This document shows positions 39,401 through 53,200 of a DNA stretch of 64,000 bases, piece after piece. Source of the stretch: Lingula anatina (taxonomy: Eukaryota; Animalia; Brachiopoda). Position 1 is the first letter of the stretch. Each line of letters starts with the position of its first letter. The stretch spans positions 12,586,001 through 12,650,000 of the forward strand of contig CM120642.1 of assembly GCA_051362555.1 (NCBI GenBank). Direction: 5' to 3'. The notes beneath the pieces are model-generated. The model ran no database searches. It was not told where the DNA came from and worked only from the letters and a program-made list of their open reading frames with translations. Both the position numbers and the translations under genes were made by a program.

Positions 39401-42400
39401 CTTATTACTAAGATCTACATGGACATTCATGTTTGACTCGACAAAGGTTATTAATCACGGATTCAATTAATTTTAATTGACTTAATTGCGTCTGTAATGC
39501 ATAGAGAACTGCAACATTTGAATTATATAAGAGTTGCTCTTCCACAAGTGGTATTTGTAGGTCATGATCAGCCGAGACAAAGCGTATTCAAGGCAATGAT
39601 AGCTTGAATTATACATTTAAGCCCTATACACAAGCCCTACTGGCATTTAGAACTAAATGAAAAATATACTGCAAATCAGAAAAGGGCAATAAAGCCACTT
39701 ATACAGTGAACCAACCAATTCTATAACACCGAAGGTTATCGCTGTCTGTTTGTGTTAGCCAAATACAGTGTAGAAAATAGTAATTTCTAATAATTGACTA
39801 GAGATTCCCTATCAAACCCTTCCATATTACGTAATTGTTTGATGCCAGTCAGACCCTCTGTTTGCTTTTCCTTGTGTGGTTTGGAATGCGCTTGCATAGG
39901 TCTACGACTGAAAGGCTTTCGGTTTCCTATATATACAGTTTATCATTAAGCAAGTCACGGATTTACTTAAGAAGGAAATATTGTTCATAAATATCCTAGT
40001 TTGAAGAGACTGCCTTTTCTATTTGTTTACGTTCAGGTAATAGCAGAACACAGAGTAAGGGTATAGAACTGTTCACGTGCGCGACAACTGTAGTAACATG
40101 TGAAGATTAAATATATCTGTATTGCACGGACCCGTGTGTATTATAAGAGATTTTATATTCTATAGGCAAATTGTTGTGCCTACTTAACAATGCTTCATTA
40201 TGCAGATTATAGTTTATAAATAAAATTGAAAAAATACTCTGCAAGCTCTCATCACTATCAGTTGAGCTATCAACAGATTTTAAACACAAATATAAGTTAT
40301 GTTAATAATATCAAATTCTATCATATTATACAATATTGGAAACCATCAACTAAAGGAATGAAGATTAACGAATAATCTAAAACTGTGAACAATACGTATG
40401 ACCATTGAGTGATTTATTCATAAGGTCCCCCTTCAATTGTCCAGACGGATATCCACGTGAGGAGTTTTGGACCGGTGTCCGAGCTAGAGGGGGTACGTAT
40501 TGCTAGACCGCAGTAGGTACATTTTAAATTCTGGTGTCCATGCTGGTGCAGTTCTGGAAAATTAATTATTTATACCTATTTTTAGAGTGTAATCGTCATA
40601 TACTTTTTTTACACAGTTTTAATTTCCATTTGCAACTATTTGTGAGATCCGTATGTAATTAAAAAAAGTGGTGGTAGTTGTGAAGTGTTGAGTTTGTATA
40701 TTTTTCATACCCGTTATTGTTTAACCAGAGATACATTCACACACTGAAACAAAATGTTGATAAATAAGGTGTGTGCAAATGATGGCATTGTGTGTTCTTA
40801 ATCTTTCCTAGGCATACTCTATGGACTGTTACTTTCGCCAGCAATGGTACGACAAAAGGCTCACTTTCGAAGGAGAAATGGAGAAGCTCTCCCTTAGCAT
40901 ACACGTCTTAAAGAAAATATGGAAACCCGACACCTATTTTTATAACGGCAAAAAGTCCTACCTGCACGCAATAACTGTGCCAAATAAACTATTACGGATT
41001 CGAAAGGACGGGTTAATTCTCTATTCTATGCGGTGAGTGAGATCCCTGTGCTCATTAAAGAGATTTTATGCCAATTTAAATGTATGTTGCGGGTCGTATT
41101 CCGTACACACGAGGGCGGATGCTAGATGATGTACAGGGCGTGACAGGATAACACGCTGAATACTCTGTGTGAACGCATACTGGCAATAAACCCGTGGAGC
41201 TAGGCTACTTGTAGAAAGTATATTTTGCATTGAATTAAATCAAATCAATTGTCCATTGAGAAGAATCACTAGAGTTAATACACTAACAGTCTCTCTGCAT
41301 CTCTCTTCTACTCTGTCTATCTCTTCGATCCGTTCTCTATTCATACCGCAGCTGCAGAGCACTTGAATCCAGTACAAACAAAACAAACAAATGCACCCAT
41401 CTGCTATACAGTCGTATTGAATTCAAACATTCTGTTTAGTTTTGTGTTAATACCCATTTAGCGCCAGAACTATTAGAAGGCTTATTTTTACCATTGTGCA
41501 TTTGTAGATTGACAATCAAAGCGAAGTGCCCGATGCTGTTGCGGAAGTACCCCCTAGATACTCAGGAGTGTCCACTGTACGTTGGAAGCTGTAAGTTAAT
41601 GTTTGCACACCTTCCCTGGCAAAACATTTTAACGGTATAAAAGACAAGGTCAATGAACCGCATCCAATTGAATCTGCAGGGTGTAAGATCTAATGCAGAA
41701 ATAAGATGATTTTTTTTACCCTCGAGACAGAATATAATATCTAGACCCCCCTCGATTTAAAGCCCCGGACCGAAATATTGTGACATGAAGGTCTACATCC
41801 GATTCATTCTTAGCCGCTGTAAATTTAAATGCCTGGTTTGAGTATTGATCTAATGTGTGTTTTGTTATATCAAAAGAAAAAAAATTCTAAAGAATAAAAC
41901 ACGCACAAACAATGTTTTGGGATTATTGCATAATTTATTGTTTTCTTGTGCGGTGTTAATTATACTCTGTTTCGTTTTTTATGTCGTAATCGATCATTTT
42001 TCCTTTCCAAAGCACATATTTAATGATGGAAATTATTAAGGACAAGCCTTGGCGACAGGAGCTCGATATTGTGTAATTTTTTATTGATCCGAAATGCAAA
42101 ATTTGCATAAGCTTTATTTCGATAAATTATTTATTAATCTAGGAAGACTTTAATATATTCATCGTGATAAAAATTAGTATATGCTAGTACTTTAATTTTT
42201 TATCTTTTACTTTCACATAAGACGGGCACTCCACTGAAGATCTCATCTACCAGTGGAAATATGGAGAAGGGGATTCTGTGAAAACCGAAGGCGAGCTAAA
42301 AATGGCGCAGTTCGAACTGGCCGCTATTCATGAGTCCCACATGATAGAAGATTTACCACAAGGTGATCTCTCTCTCTCTCTCTCTCTGTGTTATTAATGA

Positions 42401-45400
42401 CTCTTCCTGCAGTAGTGTGATCTTGCTAAATAAGGTATCTAACGACTTCTATGTTTAATCGAGAAGACGCAACCTAGGATGCGGTAAGTTTGAAAAGGCG
42501 ACACCTGGAGGCGAAAAAACATTCCTTTAGAATTCGACTAGGGGCTTGAGTAAACTGCGTGCTCTGTGCAATTACGTCCGTTGACTTGAAAGCCTCAGAG
42601 CCGGGGGATCGCGATCCTTAGGAAATCTAAACACAGCATATATCTCGGGGACATTTGCACTCAATATCTAGTTCTTGTGAGGTGTGTCTTACCGCTCTTC
42701 GGATTCATAGCGGGGGTCGTGCCATTTGGCAGGCGATTATAATTTACTGGCAAATGACCCAGGTCATTCATGGGTGTTATTTGGAAAATAGACCTCATTT
42801 TTCCTTGTTCCTGAATTAAAGATTTTCCTTCTTACTGACTCCAATAGTGACCCATAATCTGGTCATTAACTTATGACGGACATATGAATTTCAACAAATA
42901 GAGCTAACTCTCCCGTAAGCATCCTATATTGATTTGGTTAATACGGCATGACGGTCTATACAAATGCACATATCCACCCGTGTTTGTCGAAGGATTTGAC
43001 ACGTTAGATATAATAATGTAACCATAATTTCCAGTCAGCCGAGTTTGGAAGGAACCGTGGTTCAAATGAAACCTTTAAAAATCGCTTGGCTTTGGTCATT
43101 AAGCTACTGCATGTAGAGTTTATTTAATATAATTAATGATAAATATTTGTCTTAAAAGTGTCAAAATTGCTACTTGAAAGAACATAATGGTTAAGTAAGC
43201 ACGTTAAGTAAACGTAACTTACTTGGGAAATCGCAGGCCTACAAGTATTGTTTGGGCACGGCCGACTTGCGACCCGAATCACGAAAAAATGAACGGAATT
43301 TTAGGGTAGGTCTTTCACTGAAGCTGTTCAGATAAAAAGGATAAATAGGAAAACAACAGACAAAACTGTATCGTTCCGTGTGACTGTAGAAATATAGGGG
43401 ATTTAGATCCGTGTGCACACCACCAACTATTTACCATCATAATAAGTGTGGCCAATTCCAAAGAAAAATATAACAAATATCAATTCTCAAATGTATCACG
43501 TAGAGAATATATTCTTTTTCAACCTAGGCAGGGAGGTCCACGTGATAGTCATATTAGTATATAACAAATAATAATATCACTACCGTTTAGATGCCGTTGT
43601 ATAAAAACACTGGCGAATGATGGATTTTAATTTTAAGTGGGAGCATCTCTAAGGATGGGGATATGGGTTCAAGGGAGTTCAAAAACGTTTTCCCATAGTT
43701 TAGTACTGTATATCTGCGTACAGCATAAATTTGGGAGCGGCTCCACTCTCCGACCCTACCTCAGCCAGACAAAGTCATCTCCTATGTAATTTCAGTGTAT
43801 GTGAATGCTCTTGTAAATTTATTAGTGACATTGTGCCCGGTGCAGTCCCATGCAGCTCAGAATATTCTTATGTTATTCCAACGTTGACATTTCACATTGC
43901 AGCAGTATTTTAATGGGGAATATCTCGAAGCTGCCCACCCAAGTGAATTAAATGCTTTTACCAAAACCTTCTCGACTTTTCCGTTGTCAAAATAAAAGTT
44001 GTTCGACCCCACCCCCGGCCATGCTCCCGACGCCATGAGTTCAGGGACGGGTTACGAAACCTAGAGATTTCCAAACACCACAAAAACACAAACACGATTT
44101 AAAGATACAACGAATGTCTTGAATGCAAATACTGATCAAGATGATTAGGTCAAAGACTGTGCTACTGAGATAGCCGCGGGCTAAAACAAATCGTAAAAAA
44201 AGTGAAACCTGATACTCATTTAACAGTGATAGGCAAGTATTACACCAGTAGAAGTTAATGTACAGTATAGTAATAACAATATGTAAGTTTGCTATCAGAG
44301 ATTGAAATATTAATCTTGGGAACATATTGAATGGGCGATTTTGGCGCCGTCATTACAATATTAATACAATAAAACCGAAGCGTGAGGCGGAATGCTTTAC
44401 AATGATGCCCAATTCTTAAAAAAAATATATAAAATTCTTTTCGCCTTAAGAAAAGCTCCTACGCACAAAAGCCCACTTCAAGCATCTTTTGTATAAATAC
44501 TTTGGTAGATCTCCAGCCTAAACATTAAAAAAACCTAATTGTACATTTGGGTCGTGTAGCGTATAAAAGACTAATTTTTTTTGTTATCCTCAGACATATG
44601 TAAGCTGCGACACCCCTAAAAACAATCATCAATGCAAGTATGGCTTCTTTGCGAGATTTTATTTCATGTTCATTAGATCTGCTTTACTCTTTCTAATTTT
44701 TTTACCTTCCTTCCAGAAGGCCAACCCTCCCTCAAATACATGTATTGTGCTTTTCGTTCCAGGAAATACATCGCTTCTGGCTGTCAAATTTCATCTCCAG
44801 AGAAACATCGGCTATTTTCTCCTCCAGATCTACCTCCCGTGTTACATGTTAGTGGGGACATCGTGGATAGCGTTTTGGATTAACCGAGAGGGGGTTCCAG
44901 CTAGGGTACAGCTGAGTATGTGTTCTTACTGGTTGTTCACTGTGAACTGTTAAAATGGTGTTATACGACAGGTATAGTTGTTTGCAGTTGTGATTCGCCA
45001 AAGATAAGACGCCAAAACACATTCTAAAGTACTTTACATAATTTGATTAAGAAAGTGTCTAGCTTTTGGCAACTGTCCTCTGTTCCATCGCCTCCAATTA
45101 TATCCTCATTATTTCATGATACATGTAGAATAAAAGAAAATATCTAACAATGATGTAGGCAATTCGTAGAGCAAATCATACAGAAATAAGTCTAATGGTC
45201 ACTTCTGTTCCATCTAGCGGTGACCACCGTCCTGACCACGTGCACAATTGGACTGACCGGCAGGGATAACATGCCCAAAGTGGAGTATCTTACCGCACTG
45301 GACACCTTCCTCCTCATATGCTTCATCTACGTGTTTGCCGCCGCTGTGGAGTTTGCCTCAGTGAATTATTTCACCAAAGGAGCCGGAGATGGTCCCAAAC

Positions 45401-45476
45401 CAGTCCTGTCTCCTCAGCCGCCTCTCTCACCAAAAACGCCGAAAAAGGCTGAAGATGAGAAGGTATGGTTGCCCCC

Positions 45477-45507
<31 letters not shown>

Positions 45508-46355
45508 ACTGAAGGTCCATTTTGAAAGTCATAGGGGAGTGGTCCCTTCATATTTTGGCGATTTCTAGATTTGTTTTGGTCTTGAGACGGTTGTTTGGAT
45601 CAAGAATTTTCATCAATGTTTGTGATCTTAGAATCATGCCTAATGTTCGGTAAACTACTTAAACCCTGTCTAAATTAGATTTCACATTCTAAAAATTCAA
45701 GTTCTTTCTAATATCCAGAGTAACTAATTCAAAACATGAAGTGGAACAAAAATGCTTTAACGCACCAAACATCATGTCCAAAAGGGTATCAGTTCGCGTC
45801 TCAGACCTGGTCTAGAGTGGTATTGGCATTTTAATCTACTTCATTGCCCTAGACGGCCCGCAGATGCTGTCTAAAATTAAATTAGATGGTCAACAAGTGC
45901 GTCATGTTGAATAGTTAATTATTGTGCCGATTGATTTAAGCTTTAAGTTCACGCTTGCTGGCAAATACAATTAATAGACCCATTGTTACATGTATTTTTG
46001 TTAATTTAAAATTTTTTTGCTTCAACTCAATTATAACAGTTACGACTTGGTTTTACAGGAGAAAGACGAAACAAAGCCCCTCCTCAGTAAGACCATGTGG
46101 ACGCGTCTTATCAATGGGACAACACACGTGGACAACACTGTGAAGGACTTTGATGGAGATTTTAGAGAACCGTGTTGGCAAACTTTTTTCCATTGTCTGT
46201 TAGGCAACCCGGTATACAGAAACTACAAACAAAGACTGCGGAATCCTACTGGAGTAAACAGCATCAGCCGAATAGACAGAGCAGCCAGAGTAGTGTTCCC
46301 TGGAACTTTCATAATTCTGAATTTCTTCTATTGGCTGATATTTCTGTACTTCTGA
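36444..46355 (+). CDS. GABA-A receptor alpha-like (GRD/8916-family) Cys-loop subunit with PAR motif, ~466 aa
   Basis: Nine exons in frame: 36444-36508 (signal peptide; least certain), 38396-38523 (NITTLLDYLLHEDRYDRQLRPGFGG), 40425-40492 (DIHVRSFGPVSE), 40812-41032 ([40 protein letters not shown]), 41508-41590 (Cys-loop CPMLLRKYPLDTQEC), 42222-42362, 44763-44915 (M1, INREGVPARVQL), 45218-45462 (M2/M3), 46059-46355 (GVNSISRIDRAARVVFP M4). Confidence 0.9.
45472..45509. repeat. poly(C) tract followed by (CA)n
   Basis: Directly visible, ~10 nt after the donor at 45462. Confidence 0.9.
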
Positions 46356-48200
46356 CGTCATGACACGGGAAACATGACCGGTGCAAATACCACGTGACGG
46401 AAAAACGCAAATCACTCATTCAAATGACAGAGTATCTCTTGGTATATTTGTGTATCAATACGGACTTGAAATTGATACGCACAAATTCAGATCAACGTGT
46501 CATTTACGCACTCCCTGTACGTTGCATGCCAAAGTTGACCACATTCCAAATAATCACGTTATACACATTATTTTCACACACGAAGCAACCAGTGTGGAGA
46601 TTGATAACTGGACAGACGTTACATCCGGAATTCAGTCTATTGTACATGTATACATATATCACAACGTCACTTGGTATCCAGACGCACAACTGTCCATTGT
46701 GATAGCGGTGACCGACTTAGATCAATGCCGCTGTAATTAAATTTCTGAGGTCTTTCAATGATGGTGATTTTTTTTTCATCCATCATATATTATTCCTTTA
46801 TTATATATCTCTATGTGTCCAAATGTGATTATCAAATACAATAAATATTTATTTCAAAGAGAAGATCTAAAATGGAAAACTATTGGGTGAGCTAACTGAA
46901 CATATGAAATCAATTTAAACAATATCGCCTACTTAAACCTCAGCTGTTAAGTCTTCCTGTTCGATTCCTGTCTTAACCTGATCATTAAGTCTTCATGTGA
47001 GAGTAAGTCAATTCCAACAAATTCCACCAATACCAAAAGATAATTGATTTTAAAAAAAATCTGCCTTGCTTCGCAGGTTCCTTGCGTTGGCGACAGATAA
47101 CGTTAATACGATCTAAGTAGCTTTCACCTTAAACTTAAGCATACTCAAAATCGACTAAAGATCTAGTTAGGTTTAACCAACCAGCAGAACCTAAATGCAG
47201 TAATGATGGTGTCTTAATCCGTTGCCTCTAATTTAGTAATATTATCCCTTTGTTATTTGGAAAGTAACATTGATCACTGCGCAATGCGAGCGCAAAGCCC
47301 ACAATACAGTAAAGCAAGATACTGTTAAACAAAATATTGAGAGGAAATAATGAGAAAACATTGAGAGGATTCGGAAGAAAAGATGAGAGGGCAATTTGGA
47401 AACAAATGCCATACGCTTGTTAAGGGTATGGAAGAAAGTTCGGAAATTTCTGTTTTGTCATCAATTTGACTACTATTTTACCATATGACGTGACGAGTTT
47501 ATAAACTTTTCTATGTGATACTTGAAAAAAAAAAACGTTATCCCTGACAGATAGGGCGCACTGATGAAAGACACGTGCACTCTGGGTTCTGCCGTAAGGT
47601 GAGCCGATGGCGCTATGAACGTTTAATGCCAGAAGCCGATAATTAGACAGAAAATCCAGGGGTTTTGTGGCAAATCCAGTCCATCTGGTTCAAAGTACCA
47701 TTTTATAATATGCCTTCTCTCTTGAAAATGTCTCTGTCCATGCAGTGTTCTCAGTTTATTATGCTTTACAAATATACAAATAAAGACCACCGCAATCATT
47801 TGGTATTTTACGACCATATTGTCCATGCTGTTTGAATGAAACGTTGTGAGGATACGTCGGTCATATACCCCTTCTAATACTCAGGAGGTGAGTTGATATT
47901 CGATATTCTTCTTGTTTTACATTTTAATCGATCGAGAGGATATTGATATAATTCACGTCGTTCTGACCGCTAATGGTATTTTTAGAGAAAGATACAGGAC
48001 GTATTACACATCCATGTCGCCGTAACTCGCCATACAAAAATATGCCCAGGGAATGTGCTAGGTGTCAAATGCCAGTGCCTTTAAGTCACCTGGCGCCGTT
48101 AACTACTATGGTGAATTGTTTTAAGTAGCTCAGTGCCAAACCATTTCTTTACTGAGGATATATTTCAGGCAGGCAAAAGTACTGAAAGAGGAGGAAAGTC

Positions 48201-49357
48201 ATGGGGCACTGTATACTGAAGAGATTTACCTTCATATGGTAAGTACAGATATCACCTGAAATAAACAAGCTGCATCATGCCAGGCGCTAAAAAGTGCGAA
48301 TGCTTGGAAACTTGCTTGGTCAATTTTCGAGGCCTCATTAGAAATCGTAAAACCTACCTTGCAAGAATAGACACGTGCTATCAATTAAAGCTAAGTCTTT
48401 GAACATTTTTGCGTGAATACTTTTTAAAACCTTTCGGTTGTTTCACAGTAATCTACAGACAGCGGTAGGTAGATTAAGTAGAGTTTGTCTTACATTCGTG
48501 CGCAGTAAAGAAGAATGAAAGAAAAACATACTATGTACAGTATTGCATAGAGTTGTATCACCTCCGTTCACCGTTTGCGATCGTTGAAAGGTTTTTACAA
48601 CAAACTATCTTCCACAAACCACCAATGAAAAAACACTAAAACATCAGATGGAAATGTTTTAATCGCGTGTTGCAAATATACCTTAAGGTGAAAAGAATTA
48701 CACGGTGGCAACAACAACAAGAATTAAACGCTTTAGGTTATCAGTGAACCCGTCAATCTGACAGAAAAACTCTTGGAGTTATCTTCTGTGAGACATTCGC
48801 ATTAACGCTAAAACTGATATAGAAAGCCTAACGGCGAAAACAAATTTTTGATAAGTTAAAGAGCATAATTGGTTTTATCGATTTAAATTAAACGTCGGAC
48901 ACTGGTAATCTTTCTGGGTCCCACGTGGTTTCCCCTTTAAACCTGTATTTTCCTGCTGAGAGTAAAGGAACAGCTATCTCTCACATACAAACATATGGAC
49001 TTCAAAACCGACCTCGTACCTATAGCAAATAAAACTAATAGATGAAATAACCAATCGTCGATGTTGTTAATTAAGTGTTACATTAATGTCACGATTGATT
49101 TCATTAGACGACGGAAGGTTGCGGGGCAACAAATTAATGGCACGAGGACGTGATGCGCCCACAGGTAAAGCTGCACTTATATGAAGTCAGAGATCAGTAG
49201 AACTATTTCATTCCATGAAAGTATGGTGATCGTTGTGTAACTGTCTGAAAACAAATTCTGCCAATTTGAATGCCAAATGTTGCAATCGTAATAATGCTTA
49301 TGGTGCAAATATGCTTATCTTAATGATATTGGACTATTAGCAGAATTAGGATATTAA

Positions 49358-49393
<36 letters not shown>

Positions 49394-50223
49394 ACCAATC
49401 CTGGATACCTTTGGGAAGAAAATATTTGAAAAAAATATGGTGCCATTTAGGGCATTTTTAGTGCTGAAAAATATGTGCCTGCCTTCCCTTTTCTTTGGTT
49501 ACGGATCAAAGCTAAATCCGCAATTCTATTTTGATAAAAACAGTCAAAAGGCTGTTTGAAGCGATAATGAGGCGATTTGACAACAATGTATGCATATACT
49601 TCAATGAATGGAAATCACATAATGAACCGTTTTAAAAATATTAGGGGTTTGAATAGGAAACAAAGCCATGTAAGATGTTTTTATTTTTCAAGCAAACCAA
49701 TTTGATTTTTAATTTTGTCAGTTATAGGGAAATACTATGAGCGTCATAATCTCTTCAGAGCATTTTAACACGCAATGTTTTTTTAAGGATACCATGGGTC
49801 TTAGAATATTCTGCACGTTTCTCAATAGAAATTCATTGTCGGAATGACATATCCATGCATTTGCACCGCCAACTTGTTCCACATATCGCGTTCATAAATT
49901 GTTTAAATGCATTTAGCACTTACAATGTACCGCTTCATAAAATGCAATACAATTCTGAAAAATAGTGCTATATATGTAATTTTAGTGTAATGATGTTCGC
50001 CATTCAATTCCAGTATCCAGATATTTCTAATACCCAGTGTCTTGTGTAGTGAAGATCTTCGACAAAACGTATCCGCCACATTAGACAACCTTCTTCAATC
50101 TTACGACAGCAACCTAAGGCCGGGATACGGCGGTTAGTTATATAGCAATATATTGTGTTCATGCACTTATCACAAAATACTTATTTTAAATTTTGCTCGT
50201 ACCAGCTTACAGAAAATCTAACC

Positions 50224-50276
<53 letters not shown>

Positions 50277-53200
50277 ACCAACATTTATCGGCAATAGGAA
50301 CATATAATTTTCAAAGTGTTCTCTATTTTTCCAGGGTCGCCAACAATCATTAAGACTGATATCTACATTCGTAGCATGGGGCCTATATCTGAGGTTGAAA
50401 TGGTAACAAATATTAAGGGCACCAGATTAATGAAACCTATCTTTTTGTCGATAGCTTCTTTAATGAATGGAATCGAAATAAGCAATTAATGAAAGATGAG
50501 AAATAAGGCTCTATTAGTTGATATCTTAATTCAATATGTGCAGATTTCGACATTAATCAACATTAATCACCAGATTTGACCAAAAATCCCAAATCTTTTC
50601 CGATAAAGTTGAATGAACCAATATTTGACAATCTTTATTTGACAATGACAGCTATCAGAGCATCCCTTGAAATAAAAAGGGGACAATTACATCAAATGAA
50701 GACTAATGTGTGTTCTCAAATTTCTTTAAGTAAAAAAAGCATTTTATCACGGTAGAAAGCTTTTGAAAACGCTAACTGGAGACTACTTAAGTAAAGCAGT
50801 TACGGTCCATAGGTATGGTTTCCTATATTTTCGTCCTTAATCTTGTGTGTATTTCAACTGTTATCCATCTTAAGTCCTGTCATCTATTTTGCCAATATGC
50901 TTAACCGCAGACGTACTCAATGGACTGCTACTTCAGACAGACATGGCTGGACGAACGTCTTGCGTTTAACAGCCCCAACCTGTCCACTCTGGCTGTCCAC
51001 TATAGCTTGCTGGAGAAAATATGGACCCCCGATACCGTCATATACAACGGTCTCAAGTCCCACACGCACACCATTACGACCCCTAATAAATTTCTGAGAA
51101 TTTGCCAAGACGGGACGATATATTACTCGATGCGGTAAGTTTACAAGTCAGCGCATTTGCTGTGTCAAAAGAAGGAAAATTTGGCACGTGCTTTATATGG
51201 TAGACCAAAATATGATATTTATTAAATATTTTCCTGAATTATTGCTTTTTTCGCTATAAATTGGTGAACTGCCTGTAATTGACTTATATCATCTTATTAA
51301 TCCATATTAGTTGTGTTTGCTTTGAAAATACGAGAATATACACGAAGGCTTTTCATGATTAAAATAAAAGAATTTCAGTTCAAATTTAAGACATAAATTT
51401 AGAAGACATTGAATATGAATTGTTTAAAATTATGGGAAATGTGAAGTTGATGGTTTTGTTAAAAGAAAATGTCAAAAACACGAAAATCATCAATATGTTT
51501 GGAATGTTTTCAACCGACAATCCGCCTACTTTACTATTAAAACGTGTGCATGTGCCTTGTGTCTAAACTGATCTGATTAAACGCAACTTGAGCGCATATT
51601 ATTCAATTTGTAAAATCCTGATAAAGCGATCTAGATAACTTTTAATTAAAGGCTCAATTCGTACTGTCACAAAATCAGTGTTTTATCTCCCACATTTTGA
51701 TTGATTGATTCCAGCCTTACTATCAAGACATCTTGTCCCATGGCTCTGCAGTACTTCCCACTGGACTACCAAGTCTGCCCTCTGGTCATTGGCAGCGGTA
51801 AGAAATTAAAGCAAGAATTCACTGCCTTTAAGCGAACCATGGGGTTGAATCTTCATCATCAGTTTTAATTGACTAGATAAAAAACTAAGGAATTGAAAAA
51901 CTGCGAATATATTATTGTAGTATGTGCATTACTGCCGTCAGCAACTTCTTAGCGCAGGATGAAATAATAGGATTATTCAGTGACCCTCACTAAGTAAAGC
52001 GGTACAAGCGAAAAAAAAAAAAACACATATAGATGTGACTAAGAAACCTGTAGATAACAAATGCAATCTTAATTTAACCTATTACTATGTCTTACATTTT
52101 CTACTTTTTTTATTTCAGACGCCTACACCGATCGCGAAACGGTGTATGAATGGAAACAGGCAAACGCATCATCCATCACTATAGACCCGGGGGTGAAACT
52201 GTCCCAGTTCAATCTCATAGGACACCCCCACACCAACTACACGCTACAATGGCCAAGCAAAGGTGAGCCACGGCCTTGAATCTCTGAAGTCAATTTACAA
52301 TAAGGTGTTACCAGACAAAACTGACCGAAATGCCATTATGACACTGGCAATGAGTAATCGTTTTGTGTTTCTAAATCCTTTCTCCATACTGTATATCAAT
52401 CCATGTTCATCATTTGAGAAGCGAATGTCTATTCGTATTTTCGTCACTTCTTGGAGATGATTGTTATTATTTTCATCATTTTAGGAAGCCTCAAGGTTTT
52501 AGAGGTGAAGTTCCAATTTCGGCGCAACATGGGTTACTTCCTGTTGCAGGTGTACGTGCCGTGCAGCCTGGTGGTGGTGCTGTCCTTCGTGTCTTTCTGG
52601 ATCAACAGAGAGGCGACAGCAGACAGGGTAGGACTAGGTATGTTATTTTAACATTTTTAAGGAAAAATATGCATATGCTTAGTCTTTATTCAATTTGTGA
52701 CACTTTCAATAGAGTTTTGAAGTCGGTTCTTGTTTGTGAATCTTTTCTCCTCTGAGAAGGTTTTGCGCAATATCTTTTTCTTTAAAAGTTATTTTTGTAT
52801 ATTGCTCATATTTTTATAATAATTTTACACGGAACGAGTTTCCTCTTAAGGGTTACATACAGTTAAAAAGACAAGTTAAGTAGATCAATTTTTACTTTTT
52901 GATGAAGCCCCTTCAGTCATGTTCTCCCAATAATCGGGCAATATAGGATTGCACAATGCAGATACAAAAATGGGTTTGCTTAATTCACCCTAGGATTTAT
53001 TTTGGATCCTAGATTCACCACACTGATGACTGATCATGTTGAGTACCGAAAATTATCGGCTCACATTTTTTGCAAAAAGACTTTAGGAACAAAAGCATTG
53101 GACCAGTTTTGTGGTTCTCCACAATTATAATGGTATCTACCCATTGGCATGTGTTCTGCAAGCATCCTGCACTTGAACTATGCTTGTCTTTTATCATGCC

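Noticed and set aside
46381-46740. 119-aa ORF immediately after the PAR-subunit stop
   Set aside because: GTG start, no recognisable motif, and it lies in the presumptive 3'UTR before AATAAA at ~46840.
49108-49164. AG/GT-bounded 57-nt segment as a coding exon of the 8916-like gene
   Set aside because: It contains TGA in the required phase-2 frame; at most a non-coding or poison exon, with no supporting evidence.
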